Below, piece after piece: positions 12,886 to 26,750 of a stretch of 64,000 bases of DNA. Numbering within the stretch: the stretch's first letter is position 1; each line of letters opens with the position of its first letter. The stretch comes from Torpedo marmorata. Lineage: Eukaryota. The stretch covers positions 10,788,001-10,852,000 of the forward strand of contig OZ360237.1 in the NCBI GenBank assembly GCA_977017645.1. The letters run 5' to 3'. The translations under genes were made by a program, and so were the position numbers. The notes below the pieces were generated by a model that did not search any database, was not told the origin of the DNA, and saw nothing but the letters and a program-made list of their open reading frames with translations.

Positions 12886-15800
12886 TTGAACTTTGGATTT
12901 TCAATGAGCAAACTGACATTTGAGACATTGGAGGTTAAGAGAGGTTGTGATATGTTGGAGATGGATATTAGAAGGAAGCCTAAAAATTGCATAGATGCTT
13001 GATGAACACTATTTCTTTGCTGAACTAACTCTGCTGCAGCTTGTATGAATTTTGACACTTTCTGACACCATGGGAGGTACCCGTTCCCATCTGTAACCTT
13101 GAACCTAGATCAATGATAGAAGTGTTTAAATCTCAAATATCATATTCTCATACATTTCCCATGACTCCTGAAGAGGTCATTCAGGCCATCAAGTCTGCTC
13201 TCAAACAAATCCCATCAATCACATTCCCCACTTATTTCTCTGTAACCTACACTCTCCATTGCCCATCAACGGCACTCTTATTCCACTATTACCCTCCAAC
13301 ACTGGAGATAATTTATGGTAACCAATATCGGTGAAACATAAAGGCTGATTTATAGAAACAGGCTTACCAAACAGGCTGAACTTCCAGAAGGTGTCAGTAA
13401 CTCATTTTGATACTTATCAAGCTAGGCCATTAGCTTTCAGCTACAGGGACCAATGCTATGATACAGACGATAAGATGGAATTTTTATGCACCATTTTAAG
13501 CCACAAACAATGATTCTTGCATAATATACTAGACCACTATCATATTGCATTAAACAAGGAACAGGAACAATCCAACATTTATAATAGTCATTAGACACAA
13601 AACAATCTAATGGTTCAAATGAACGAATCTTTTGATAGTGATGCACATTAGCAAAGCCATTAAAAAGTTAAATAAACCACTCAGGATCACTCCTGGAGGC
13701 ACAGAATTTTAAAGTCGAGAAATTATGCAAAACCTCTGATGTAAGCATGAGAGAAGGTGCAAAAATTATCTAGAAAAATGACATCGGAACTGAGAGGGTC
13801 CACCAATGAGACGGAATAAATATCTAAAGCTTCTTTCTCTCGATAATGGTTTTTATTACAAAATAGCTTTCTAGAGATAGAAGGTAGCAGGTTGGTGTTC
13901 CAAAATGAAGGACTAATTGAAGGTCCTTTTGGTCAGAGAGAGTGAAAGTGGAACTCATCACTTTACTGAGTGATTGAAGCAAGGCAAATAATAAAGGGGC
14001 ATTTGATGGAATAGCAGATGTACACAAGATAGAAAGGTTGATCATGTGAGATCACACAAAGAGAAACTTAAAGCTGGATGTTTTGATTTTGCTGCTAATT
14101 ATTCCCAAGTCCAATGACAGGACTTGACAAAGGACACATGTTCATTATAGCTGTTAACATTTAACACTATGCTGCTTATGAACAGAAAATAATTTCATTC
14201 GATTAACGTGCAGTGGTGTGTGACCATTGGCACTAAATAAGTTAATGCCTGCTGCGTGCAATCAGTCATGAAGCTCTTATAAATATTTCCATTTTGTCAG
14301 TATTACTTCAGAGAAACAGAAACTGAAAAAGGTGAATTGTCATCAACTAAAGATACGATCTGTAACCCTGGCTAACAATTCCCTTGATCTGGCCACAAAC
14401 AAATGCAGTATCCAAATATTATGAAGCCTAAGCAGGTGATACATAGGAAAGGAAATTGTTCAGTTCAAACACAGATCAGATATCCTGCAACAGTCATGAA
14501 ACATGATTGCTCTTTTCCATCCTTCCCAGCTTCTTAAGAGCGATATTAATATGTAGCATGAGGATAAAGAGAGCAACTGGTGCCATTTGTTAAATGTAAA
14601 ATCATGGAAGATTAATCAGTTAGCAAAACTACTTCTCCAGGCCCTCACTGACAGAACATTTGTCTGAGAGTGTATCCACTGCTAAACAAAACAGTCCTGT
14701 CTGCTTGTACACAATGGGGATCTCGAAGAACTGTCCAATAGGAAAAACAAAGCTGACATCGATTGAAACCATTTGATTTCTCTACAACTTAAGCAAACTA
14801 CATTTCATTCCAGTCACGATTTTGGAGAAAAATAAGCAATTGGGCACAGAACCTCTGTCACCAAGGATAAGCAAGTCACTGAGTAATGGAAGATAAACAA
14901 GACAAAAATAGTTTTGATCCTGAATTTTAGTAAAAACTCTTTCTTTCGTTTTCTATGTTGCCCTCTAAATGTTGTGTCGTCTCATAAAATCACCATTTCA
15001 GTAATACAGTACTACTGAGGCACCTTGTGCTACAAAACAATATTAAATGTTTTTGGTGTAAGAACTTAGCAGAACATAAAGCAGTGTTACACCACAACCC
15101 AATGCACCTGGATTAGCAGCGCACTATTTGTTCAATATGTACCTACAATACGAGAAGTATTCTTCAGTGTCAACATGAATGGCAAACACAAAACCTTTAC
15201 ATGGGACTCAAATAAGCTGGAAACGGTTGAGAGTGAAGTTATTGTGTTAGTCTCCTGTTGATTCAGTGTTGTAAGCAGAACCCAAACATTTATATCATGA
15301 AAGTGCATGGTACACAGTATCTGTGATTCACGGGAAAAATAATGTCCAGTCATGTCTACTGCTAGCCAACACTCTCAGTTGACCACATTGCTTGCAAGGC
15401 CAATATCAGATTCCCAAATCAGACATTCTTTTCTGGGTCCTGCCACGAGAAGAGATTCACGGAGGAATTCAAAGATGTGCTTGTACATGGATTACATTGA
15501 TGTATTTCACACATGGAATGAGTGAGTTTTTGAAGAATAGAGCCTTCTGTTTTGACCTTGGCTATGGAATTTAGCATGTGCCTTTTGTAACTGAGTATGT
15601 GGTTCTAAATGTACCATAAATACAGCAGATATATTTGATTTTAAGGCCTCTGGTCTCCCAGGTGATATTCAGGTGTTGTTTTGGTTTCACAGAAGGAAGG
15701 CACAGAACTGGTGTTTACTAGGGAAGGGTTTCAAACAGTTCTTGAAAAGGTTTGACATGTCTGGAAGCTCAAATGGCTTAAGTTATCACAGCATCACTTG

Positions 15801-16980
15801 AGAAAGAGAAATCAGTTCTTGTTCCTTTTCTTGACACTTCCTCTTTTGTTATTCATTGCATTGGCCTGTCATGTCCTGTTGACTTCTATAAGGTTCTGCA
15901 TTAAATGAATCTCTGGTGGAAGAATGTTCACTTCCACTCTAATGCCTGTTGCTGTCATGCAAATGTTCAAGGGGATCCCTGGCATTCAACTGCAATGTGA
16001 GCATCCCACCATTAAGAATATCCCACAGACCAAGAAGCAAGCTTGCCACATGCAAAAGTCTTGAATTTGGAGTAGGATACATAGCCATTATTACAATTGT
16101 GAAAATGGGATAGAATGTTTTACTGCAAATCTTGTTCTGTGACAACAGTTACTGCACTTCAAAGAATTTATTGCATGCGCAACTCTTTGAAGAATTTGAT
16201 AGATGTTATATGAATGTTTTATTACTCGATGCTTGAATTTTATCCAGAATAAATCATTCACTATTTATTCAGGATGAATAGATTTGACATTCTATAAAGA
16301 TGTTGGCAAATGTAAAATCGATAAATGGCTGACATATATTTTATGTTTAGGAGCTTTCTGAAAACTTGTTACCTTAAAAAAAAGAGAAACTTATTTCTCC
16401 TCTTTCCATTCCCTCTATAGCTCCTGCTTCTTCATTGATTCCAATGTAGGTTGGAATTGCAGAAATAGACTATGATATGCCTCAGAAGCTATTTATCTCT
16501 GTGGCAGAGTTAAAGTAAAATAGTAAATTAACAATTTAAAGTCACCATCGAGTCACACTGCATAGAAACAGGCCCTTTGGCCCACTACATCAGCCCCTCT
16601 TTACACTAATCCTTTCTTCTATTCTCTCCACATTTCTATAACCTCCACCCAGATTCTGCCATTCTCCCACACACAAAAGACAGTTTCAGTGATCAGTTAA
16701 CTCACACCTTTGGGATGTGGAGGAAACCAGAGCACCTGGTTAAGCCATACTAATTACAATTATAATGCACTTCATTGCACTGAAGTACAATCTGCATTGT
16801 GAATATACTGTTATATATGTATATTTTTATTCTACGCACGTACGCACACACCTCTAGTTGTAATTTAATGTACTAACCAGCATTTTCATTTGGACAGACT
16901 TCAGTATTGAAAACAAAATTGAAACTGGCATAAGGTTCAGTACAAATTCAAGCAGAACAGTTGAGGATGAGTGGTAGATT

Positions 16981-18353
16981 TATCCCAAACTATCCTCATC
17001 TCTTCCTCCGGTATATCGACGACTACATCGGGGCTGCCTCATGCACCCACGATGAGCTTGTCAACTTCATCCACTTCGCATCCAACTTTCACCACGATCT
17101 CAAACTCACCTGGTCCATCTCCGATAACACTCTCCCCTTCCTGGATCTCGCTGTCTCCATCTCGGGAGACAAGCTTTCCACCGACATTTACTACAAACCC
17201 TCCAACTCCCACAACTATCTGGACTACACATCCTCACACCCTGTCCCCTGCAAGGACTCCATCCCCTTCTCTCAATTTCTCCGCCTCCGCCGCATCTGTT
17301 CCCAAGATGAGGTGTTCCACTCCAGATCTTCTGAAATGTCTGCCTTTTTCCACAAACGTGGCTTCCCTTCCACCACCATCAACTCAGCCCTCACCCGCAT
17401 CTCCTCCATTTCCCGCTCATCTGCCCTGGCCCCCTCTGCCCCCAGACGCAACAAACATAGAGTACCCCTCATCCTCACCTACCACCCCACCAGCCTCCGC
17501 GTCCAACACATTATCCGCCGGAATTTCCGGCACTTGCTGCAGGATCCCACCACCAGACACATTTTTCCTTCTCCTCCCCTCTCGGCCTTCCGCAGGGACC
17601 GCTCCCTCCGCGATTCACTCGTGCACTCGTCCCTCCCCACCCATCGCACCCCCGGAACCTTCCCCTGTGCCCGCAGTAGGTGCAACACCTGCGCCCACAC
17701 CTCCCCCCTCACCACGGTCCAGGGCCCCAAACAGGCCTTCCAAGTGAAACTACACTTCACTTGTACATCCAAAGGACTTATCTACTGCATCCGGTGCTCC
17801 CTTTGTGGCTCTCTCTACATTGGAGAGACCGGTCGGAGATTGGGAGACCGCTTTGCTGAGCACCTCCTCTCCGTCCGCCGCAGCAGCGACCTCCCAGTAG
17901 CCAACCATTTCAATTCTGGGTCACACTCCCACGCTCACATGTCTGTCCATGGCCTCATGTACTATCCCACCCAGACTACCCGCAAATTGGAGGAACAACA
18001 TCTCATATTCCGTCTTGGCACTCTCCAGCCAGATGGCATTAACATTGACTTTTCTGCTTTCCACTAACCTGTTTGTTGTTCTCTCTCCCCCTCCCCCCTC
18101 ACCTGTTTTTTTCCACCCACCCAGCCATCCCTCCTCCCCCTCTTTGCTGCTGTCCCCTCCCTCCTTTCTCCACCTATCATCTCCTGCCTTTGCCACCCCC
18201 CTTCCCCCCTCACTCCTTTGTTCGGACGCCTGCCGGCATTTTCTCATACTTTGATGAAGGGCTCAAGCCTGAAACGTCGGTTATGTATTTCTACCTTTGC
18301 TACATAAAATACACTGTTTGACCTGCTGAGTTCTCCAGCTTTTGTGTTTTTTA
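16981..18353 (+). mobile_element. Penelope-like element (Neptune-type), 5'-truncated: RT C-terminus, Cys linker and GIY-YIG endonuclease
   Basis: Uninterrupted ORF to 18067 with RYIDD, LPFLD, YYKP..YL..SSHP, RLRRICS, Cys linker CARSRCNTC and GIY-YIG motif LIYCIRCSLCGSLYIGETGRRLGDRFAEH; pyrimidine-rich 3' region and pLTR-type tail. Confidence 0.93.
18245..18285 (+). ncRNA. Putative minimal type-I hammerhead ribozyme in the Penelope pLTR
   Basis: catact-TTGATGA-a-gggctcaagcct-GAAAC-GTC-ggttatg: stem I catact/ggttatg (one bulge), core UUGAUGA (C3U variant), stem II GGGCU/AGCCU, GAAA, palindromic ACGU stem III and a GUC triplet. Penelope pLTRs are known to carry minimal hammerheads. Confidence 0.6.
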
Positions 18354-19049
18354 CAATGATAATTGCTTCCTTTGTTCAGAGAGGTTGGCTGTTATGTGAA
18401 CTCTGAAGAAAACCATAAAGTTCCAGTAAGATCTACATGTATGAAGCAATGGTATGTTGGGCCATTGCCTCTCAGCCTAAATCAGAGATTAATTACTTTA
18501 TCCAAGGTGGAAGATGCTAAAGTTCAGATGTTTTCATGATAAATAATTTGCAATACAAGCGCAGGTTGAGAACATCACATGACGATGCCCATTAATAATC
18601 AGCCTGAACAGAGGTTTAATTGTGCCATGGCATTTTCTCTGCTCATGCAAGTGTCAAACAGAACAATATTTCCAATGAGTATTAACATTAGAATGTCACT
18701 TCCATGAGAAGTATATTTACAAAAAAGGCACATCAACTTAACAATGTTCTTCATTTTATCTTATCTCCTCTCATGAAGAATTATTTGCACCTTTTAAAAG
18801 TGTTATTGAAGCTATTTATATTATATGGAACTGAGTAATGGTTGAAGAAGATAATGGTTAAAGGTGAATATTCCTTGCAATTACACGCAAAGAAAAAAAT
18901 GCAGGTCCAGACTGTGGCTCAAAATTCAACTGCACAACACTCAATAAAGTACTATGTAAACAAAAATTATACCAACATGGCATTAACAAACTTTGCACAA
19001 ATTTGTACTTGGGTTAATGCCAGTTGTTACAAAGGATGGACGACCATGT

Positions 19050-19165
19050 TCGAAACGTCGGTCACATATCTTTGCCTCCTATGGTTGCTGCGAGACCTGC
19101 TGAGTTCCTCCAGTATTTCTGTGTTTTTACTACAATCACAGCATCTGCAGACTTTCATGTTTCAC
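19050..19165 (+). mobile_element. Penelope-related 3' tail fragment
   Basis: cgaaacgtcggtcac...gacctgctgagttcctccagtatttctgtgtttttactac...tctgcagactttcatgtttcac, similar to the 18270-18353 tail. Confidence 0.7.
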
Positions 19166-19674
19166 ACCAATGACAGTGTATTGCCCAAAATTCACTTCTT
19201 GCCAGATTTCCAACCACATTAGACTGATGCACAGTTGACATTGCGATCTTGCACGAGAAATAACTGAAAGCTCAAAGTGAAAATTATTTAAAGGGTCAGA
19301 AGCATCTCTCCCGCAGTCATGGGCAAAGTATGCAGTTTTCTTCAAAACAAATGTCAAAAAAAAACAACTTGAATTGGAACCCCGGTTACCACACTCTCTG
19401 GGAGTCTCAGCAGGTTACCTCCCAAAACTATGAGCAAAGATGTCAGAAGAAATTGGCATGTTGATTTGAGCAGAAATGGCTAAAAGTAGGAAAAGATACT
19501 TGACAACAGAGCATTGTCAGGAAGTCTACATTCATGTTCATAATCTTATATGACCCAGAAGGAGGCCACATAATCCATCAACTCTGTATTGGTTCTCGGA
19601 ATAAGCCCATCAATCCCATCCCCACACTTACTTTCCTGTACCTAATCTGTCACATATTTCCAGCCACTTACATC

Positions 19675-20707
19675 TGTTACGAACTAACAAGCCCTTGCTA
19701 GCTCTAACACAGGAACAGCAATGGAAGATGCACCAGACAGTGGGAAATTCAAAATAATAGTTTTTATTAAACTGCTAATCACATAACATTTCTTACTTAA
19801 CTCTAAACTTACTTAACTCTAAGCTTAACCCCACTATGCGCAAATGTAATTGTGTAAGTGTGTGTGTGATCAGATTTCAAACCATTACAGTTTAAACTCA
19901 ATTCTGGAAAGCCAGTTTTTAAAGTCCAGTATTTTAAAATCTTGTTGAACTTGAAGGTCTGTTAAATTGTAGTTCAGAAGTGATTACGAAGCAAATGCGA
20001 AGCATCAAGTTCTTTTGAATTGTTGCTTAAAAGCAGTAATGAAGTATTTGTTAACATTGATTCAGTCCTTAGACTTTTCAAAGTCACAAATCTTGTTGAG
20101 CTGTTTTCCAGGAAGAGATTTCTTCTTAAACTCTCACACTGGTGATCTTCAACTCCCTCTTATCTTATTAAGAGTTATGGAGTTTCTTTCCACGATGAGG
20201 CTGCACCCTTTATTTTCAAAAGAGCAGTCGGGAAGTGGTCTCCCTTTCGAAATCCACTTATATCTGTATTCCCCTTTTATTAGGAGTAACACATAACAGC
20301 ACCTGTTCCGGTTACTGTAATTCAACTCTGTCTTTTACAAGGGTCCAACTCCTGTGTTGTCCCACAGGGTCTTGACTTCTGAACTGACTCAAAATGTCTG
20401 AATTTAACAATATATTCCTCAATATCATGTGACATTTCATCATCAATGAGATCTGTCTTGATTCTTGGAAACCATGTGACCACTTACTGGAATCTTTACA
20501 GTTGCCAGCTCCAGTTTCTTGGAAACCATGTGACCTTCATAACTCTGTCTTGCAGATGTCACGACTCCGAAAGATGACCTCACTTCTGAATGTATTGTAT
20601 GGGTGTGTGTAACCCTGTTCCAAACCCATTACATTAAATAAAACATATTTATAGGAAATATAGCTTAACATTAACCTAAATATTAATATTAACACAGATC
20701 CATTACA
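19675..20707 (-). mobile_element. Solo LTR (Gypsy-like), 1033 bp, inserted into an old tRNA SINE
   Basis: Termini TGTTAC...TTACA; 4-bp TSD catc (19671-74 and 20708-11); SINE halves at ~19540-19674 and ~20712-20890. Strand inferred only from a minus-strand AATAAA near 19765. Confidence 0.8.
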
Positions 20708-23679
20708 CATCATAGATAATTGATGATTGTGAATTAACCTACAACCAGCATGTCTTTAGGATATGTGAGGAAACCTAAATCCACATGGTCATGGAGAGAG
20801 TATACAAACAGACAGCACCAGAGGTCGGGATTAAACCAGGATCACTGAAGCTGTAAGGCACCAGCATCACTGGCTTCAATACTGTAGCACCCTATGTACT
20901 CAAACTACTCTCAATCCCACGTACCTACCCTTATTCTCAACACTGGCAACCTTGCCTCATGATCCCCACTATTTCTGTTGGAGAAGCCACATATGACCCT
21001 TGTCTTTGGACTGCTCTCCGAGGTCCATGCTGTGTGAGGAAGGGAAGGGTGGCAAGGTGATAATAACACAGGAAATTCACCCTGTGCATGACAGCAGGGA
21101 AAACAGAAAATTATTTTTATGAGAACCTTTTGAAATAACATGAGGGAGATTACTCATGCTGTTTTAATGCTAGGCTTGTATTTCTTCCTGTTTAACCTCT
21201 GACTGTTATCTCGTGGATTGCTCGCTCAAATGAAATTGAAGTGCCTGGAGTTTTGTATGTGCCAGTTTTCATGACTATTTCTGCTACATGTAACAAAAAT
21301 TTAATGGCAACTTTAGTCCCATTATCAACACCTTTAAGTACATTGTACACAATCCCCAAATCGAAAACTTGCTTTCCTGACATAACTCTGAAATTTTCTG
21401 TTTTAGCTCTCACTGTACCATGCAAAGAATGTCTAGATAGAAAAAGGTTACAGATTGTTCTACAATGGTTAACTGTTCTGCTTTGGCATATATAATAGCT
21501 GATAAATGTGAAATAAAATTAAAATGTAGCTTTTATATGGTTTCTATTGATTGCTTTATGTCTGAAAGTAATGGTTATTTAATTTTATTGCCAAAGCACA
21601 ATGGACACAAACTGAAATCAAAGTAGATTAAATGAGAGACTTTCAGATAAATTTTCTATTTTGTCCAGCAATGCTACCTTGTCACTTTAATATTGTTACT
21701 AATGACCCAGCATGATCATTAGAAGACTCTGGTAATTAAGGATGGTTGTACCCTCGTCTCTGAGAGCAAAAACAAGCAATACATACAAAAATATAGCTTG
21801 AGGTTAGTGCTCAGGTTTCAAAATTGTTCCATTTGAGGCACCAGATGATAGGCTTTCTGAAAAGCTGCCATTAATCCTGTTATCTCATTGATCAGTGAAT
21901 GCACAGATCCAAGAAGGTTCACATAGCTAGAGTACAACCAGCTAATTCTGCCACCTCTCAAGACAGCAGGCAAACTGGGCATCTCATATTCTTTCTGACA
22001 GCATCATACCAGTGGGCAGTGGAATGCAAAATCCTCTAGCCAAGGAATAAGCTAAAGAGATGCAGCCAACAATGATTTGTCTACAAGCAAGAAGGTACCT
22101 TGGAAGGATGGTCATCTCAGTCCTAGGATACTTGGTAACACTTTTATAGTCAAACAACTCATGAGGCTGGTCTTCGGATTACACCTGGAAGAGCAATAAA
22201 AAAAAAAAAATCAAAAAGCCCAAATAACTGTTGAAGAGAAGTATGGTGTTGAAAAAGAGTGAATTTCCTTCTGTCCACTTTGGAATTCTTTACAATAAAA
22301 TAGAATGGGCACAGAAACTGCATGGTTACTAGAGTTCCAGCAGAGAAGAGAACAGTTATTTAGCACAACTTTAGCATCCATGAATTTTAATGGCAGGGTC
22401 ATGTGGGATGACATGTTTTAGGGTTGAGAGTATGTGCTTTTACTTTAAAGTAATAATTGAGACAAGGTTCTGATTTAATGATGCCCTATGTTATTTAAAA
22501 TACTTCAGTGGTGATTGGTGCTCAATAGTGTCAGTGCACCCCGATTTACTCTTCTTTAATTTTCCCGGCAAGCACTTTTCCCTCATTGAGGCGAGTAGGC
22601 AAAAGCTGAGAACTCTGCTCTGAAAGATTCAAAAGCACACTGGGCAAGAGTCTCCGTAATGAACCATCAAAAGAGCCAGCTACCATTTGCTCAATATTAT
22701 ATATAGTTCTATGCTAAAGGAAACATTGAACTTCCATAAAATCAGGCATTTACAGCAACTGAACAGAAGTTATTTACACCCAACTATGTTCAATTTACAA
22801 GTGACCTTTCTTTGAAGCTGTACTTTTCAGTTTAACCTTTAGAGGGCAATACAACGTACAACTGCATCCAGAAGTTAAAGAGGAAAGAAATAACGATACA
22901 GGTATATGCAAGAAACAGAATTACTTTACTGAACTGAAGATGAATGCAATCAAATTGATCTTTTCAGTTTACATGCTTAACAATTAGAATACAAGGAAAT
23001 TTACAGCTCTGTTGAAATTGTAAATTGTATAATGTTTGTAATACAATTATTTTCAACATCAAAAACTTGATGAAATGCCATTGATAATGCTTCAGACAAG
23101 GAGATTACCCAAAGCTGTTCTTTCGCATTTTTCCAAAGTTATTCAAGTTCATACTGCCCAGATTCAACAAGGAATTTAAAATAATTTGTTTATGAATCTC
23201 TTTGGTCAAAATATGTTACTATTTCATGACCTGCAATGAAAAAAAGTTATTAAAAATAAATTTCAATAAATAGTAATAGTCTAACACGAGATATTAAATT
23301 TCTTGCTTGCAGTGTGGGAATTTAAACAAATGGAATAAAGATAAATGTGAAGGTTTAAGATGATTTTGAAAATATATCATCTGATTCTGATGTTGTGTTG
23401 ATGAAAAGGAGAAGAACCGCAGATTTTCTCACTCCATCTCAATGTTGTGAACTCAGAAATAATGTGCCTCTGTAGGAATATTGTAGATATTTTTTAAGTC
23501 CTTCATTTGTCATGAATATGGCTGCCAACCCCAATTCATTGACCATTCCTTATTTTTCCTGAACCAAGGAGTTACATTGGTCAGAGATGGAGTGACAGAC
23601 ATGAGTGCGAACAGCAGATTGCTTTCCCATAAAACAATCTCGGGTTATATTTTATGTCTTCACAAGAGCTTGTTTAATG

Positions 23680-24560
23680 TGGTGCCACAGGAATCAATAC
23701 CAACCATTTTCAATTCACCATCATGACCTAAATGAAGGAACCAAGTGCATGGCAGACAGGTTTACCAATGATAAGACGACAGGTGGGCAAATAAGTTGTG
23801 AGGAGGAGACAGGAGTATGAAAAGGGATATAGATACATTGAGTTGGTAGGAGAAAAAGTGGGCCTGATGGAATACAATGCAAGGAAATTGTTGGTTATTC
23901 AGTTTATAGGAAAGCAGAATATTGTTTAAATGGACAGAGTCCACTGGATGCTCTGAGCAAACGGATCTGGGTGTCCTTGTACATGAAACAAACCAGTGTT
24001 TGTCAAGGCAAATGGAACGTTGATCCAATGGAGTTTAAAATCAGGAGAGTTTTGCTCCACATGATGACAAAATACATAATATATTGTGAAATGTAATAGT
24101 CTCCTTACTTAAGGAAAGTTATACATGCTTTGAAGATATTGAACAGGTGGTTCATTAGGTTGATTCATGGTCGAAGGAGTTATCTACTGATGAAAGATTT
24201 AACAATTTGGCCCTGCATTTAATGGAATTCGGAAGACTCAGAGTAATCTGATTGAAACATACAAGATTCAGAGAGGGTTTGGCAGGATAGATGTTGGGAA
24301 GAAAATTTTAAAAATGGGGTTGGTGACTGACTCCACAGTTTCAGAATAATAGGTCAGAGGGATGTGACTCTTTATTAATTGCCACCCAGAAAGTTGTGGC
24401 GGCTGAATCAATGAATATATGCAAGTCAGATTTTTTGATGGGAGCCAAGGGCAATGGGAAACAGAGAGAAAAGTGGAGCCGAAGCAAAATCAGATCAGTC
24501 ACACCCTTATTGAATAGCAGAGCAGGCTCGAGAATAAGCACAGAACTCGTTCCTGCTCTG
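23680..24560 (+). mobile_element. Old degenerate CR1 LINE 3' region
   Basis: Remnants such as gacctaaatgaaggaaccaagtgc, ggatctgggtgtccttgtacatgaa, tctccttacttaaggaa and gattgaaacatacaagatt, homologous to the CR1 at 27344-29100. Confidence 0.75.
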
Positions 24561-24876
24561 TTCTTCACATTCTTAAAACCAATTGTTTCTTGGTCACCAT
24601 TACGAACAGCTTTTCATTCCAGATGCATTTAATTGTTTTAATTAAATTCTGCATTTGCATTCAAACTCCCGACTCTGGATCAATATCCCTGTAGATACAA
24701 GTCCAGCAACTAAATCAAGATGCAACTGGACCCATTTTCGGCAGAATAAGGAAGAGCTAGGAACAGAAAGATGTCAGCTAGGTTTCTTCAGCCCAACACA
24801 GGCATGATGAGCGACCAAGCTGGTCCTCTGCTACAACGTAAAATAATTCTCTGGCCAGAACTGCGCCCAGTCAGCA

Positions 24877-25415
24877 TCAAAGTTCAAATTTTTTGACAGA
24901 ATACATCCATGACATCACATACAACCCTGAGATTCTTTGTCCTGTGGGTGTGGCAGAATTACCACTTATTGGTAGTGCAAAAAACTGTACACATGAAGAT
25001 AGGTACACATGTAAACAAATAAAGAAATGTAAACAAACTGTGCAATACAGTGAAAAAATATCAATAAAGTGCAAAAGTAAGAATCCTTAAATGGGTCTCT
25101 GATTGAGTTTGTTGTTGAGGAGTCTGATGGTGGAGGGGTAGCAGCTGTTCCTGAACCTGGTGGTGCAAGTCTTGTGGCACCTATACCTCTTTACGATGGT
25201 AGCAATGAGAACAGAGCATGTGCTGGGTGGTGTGGATCCTTGATTGCTGCTGCTCTCGGACGGCAGCGTTCCCTGTAGATGTTCTCGATGGTGGGAGGGT
25301 TTTGCCTGTGATGTCCTGGGCTGTGTCCACTACCTTTTGCAGGACTTCCCACTCAGCGGCAACGGTGTCCCCATACCAGACCATGATGCAGCCCGTCAGC
25401 ACACTTTCCACCACC
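24877..25415 (-). mobile_element. Rex1/Babar family B 3' fragment
   Basis: VVESVLTGCIMVWYG..LQKVVDTAQDITGKTLP; 3' UTR shared with the 7986, 48503 and 59293 copies. Confidence 0.88.
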
Positions 25416-25809
25416 ACAATCTCCAAATTACAGGTAAAGAGTAGAGTCACTTAGTACAATGCAAGTGCAATGTTAGCATTCCCATAATTACAAGTACATC
25501 AGTTGGAAATATGTATCAATGGGATGTGTCACTTAGTGCGAGGCAAGAAACCATCATGCTTAATCTTTGCAGCCCCACCTCTTCCAGATTATCTGCAGTG
25601 TCAGCCAAAGTGATGATTGCAGTTGTAAAGAATTACAGATCGCAATTATGATGATAGAACCACCTGCTAATCTGTTGAGCAGAAAGGGTAATGTGGCATT
25701 GCTACCTGATACTATTACACTGCTATGTTTTGCAATGTAAACAGGGCATCTTTCCTTGCAAAAACAAGGTTTGGTTTTTCATCCAATCTGTGCTCTTTGC
25801 TCATTTCAA

Positions 25810-26750
25810 TATGGCATCAAACCTCTACAGGTGCACTGTAGAAAGTATTCAGACTGGTTGCATCTCAGCCTATTTTGGAAACTCAAGTGCCCAGGAATGC
25901 AAAAGGCTGCAGAAAGTGGCAAAACTTGCCAATTCTATTATGGGCACCAACCTCCCATGCACTGAAGACAACTACATGAGACACTGCCTCAAGAAAGTAG
26001 CCAACAGTATCAAATAGAATTTTTGCGAATTGCTTTAGCAGTTTCTAAGAAATGCATTGCTATTACATGGAAATCTGATGTAGATTTAGGGTTAGAGAGA
26101 TGGCATGCAGAACTTCGTTCATGCATACCACTTGAAAAAATTACTTATAATTTAAATAATAAATATAATTTCTTTTTGAAAATATGGAGCCCATATATGA
26201 AGGCTGTTGGTTTAAGGATTTGATGATCTCTGGACATCGGATCTGACTGGCGAACCTATCCTCCATAATAAAATTAGTTATCGATGTATTTTTTTTAGAT
26301 TGACATTCTCCTTATTTTATCTTTTTCTTTTCTTTTTATTTGATTTTTTTTTATTTTATTAGATTAGTAGGGATGGGAGGGTTAGGAAGGGGAGGGAGGG
26401 AGGGGGGATGAAAATGTATCACAAGTATTTTGATAATTTCATATTTTACTTTATGTATTTTATGATTTAAATTTTTTAATAAAATATTTTTTTTAAAAAG
26501 AAAGTAGCCAACATCATAAATCATCACCATTACCCTGGTCACACTCTATTCTCATTACTACTGTTGTTACCAGTCTTTAAAGTCTGAAGTCTGGCACCTC
26601 TAAGTTCAAGAAAAGTTTCCAAAGCTATCAGGCTTTTGAACATTCCCATACTACCCTAACCGTACACGTCTCCAGGACCAAAGATCTGTCCTCCCCATTG
26701 CAACATCAGCTTTTATGCACTAATTGCAACTGTGAATATGTATCCTTTTA
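25810..26750 (+). mobile_element. Older Rex1-like fragment split by an L1 insertion
   Basis: NLYRCTVESIQTGCISAYFGNSSAQECKRLQKV; resumes after 26513 (caccctggtcacactctattctc-like, ttcaagaaaagtttc). Confidence 0.7.
26007..26497 (+). mobile_element. L1 LINE 3' fragment with 16-bp TSD
   Basis: RIALAVSKKCIAITWKS..RWHAELRSCIPLEKITY..FLKIWSPY (fish L1 ORF2 end); G-rich 3' UTR, AATAAA and A tail; TSD aagaaagtagccaaca (25991-26006 and 26498-26513). Confidence 0.88.

Noticed and set aside
16971-17772. Pro/Ser-rich 258-aa ORF and antisense ORFs overlapping the Penelope ORF
   Set aside because: Shadow frames caused by the C-rich codon bias of the element; no recognisable domain.
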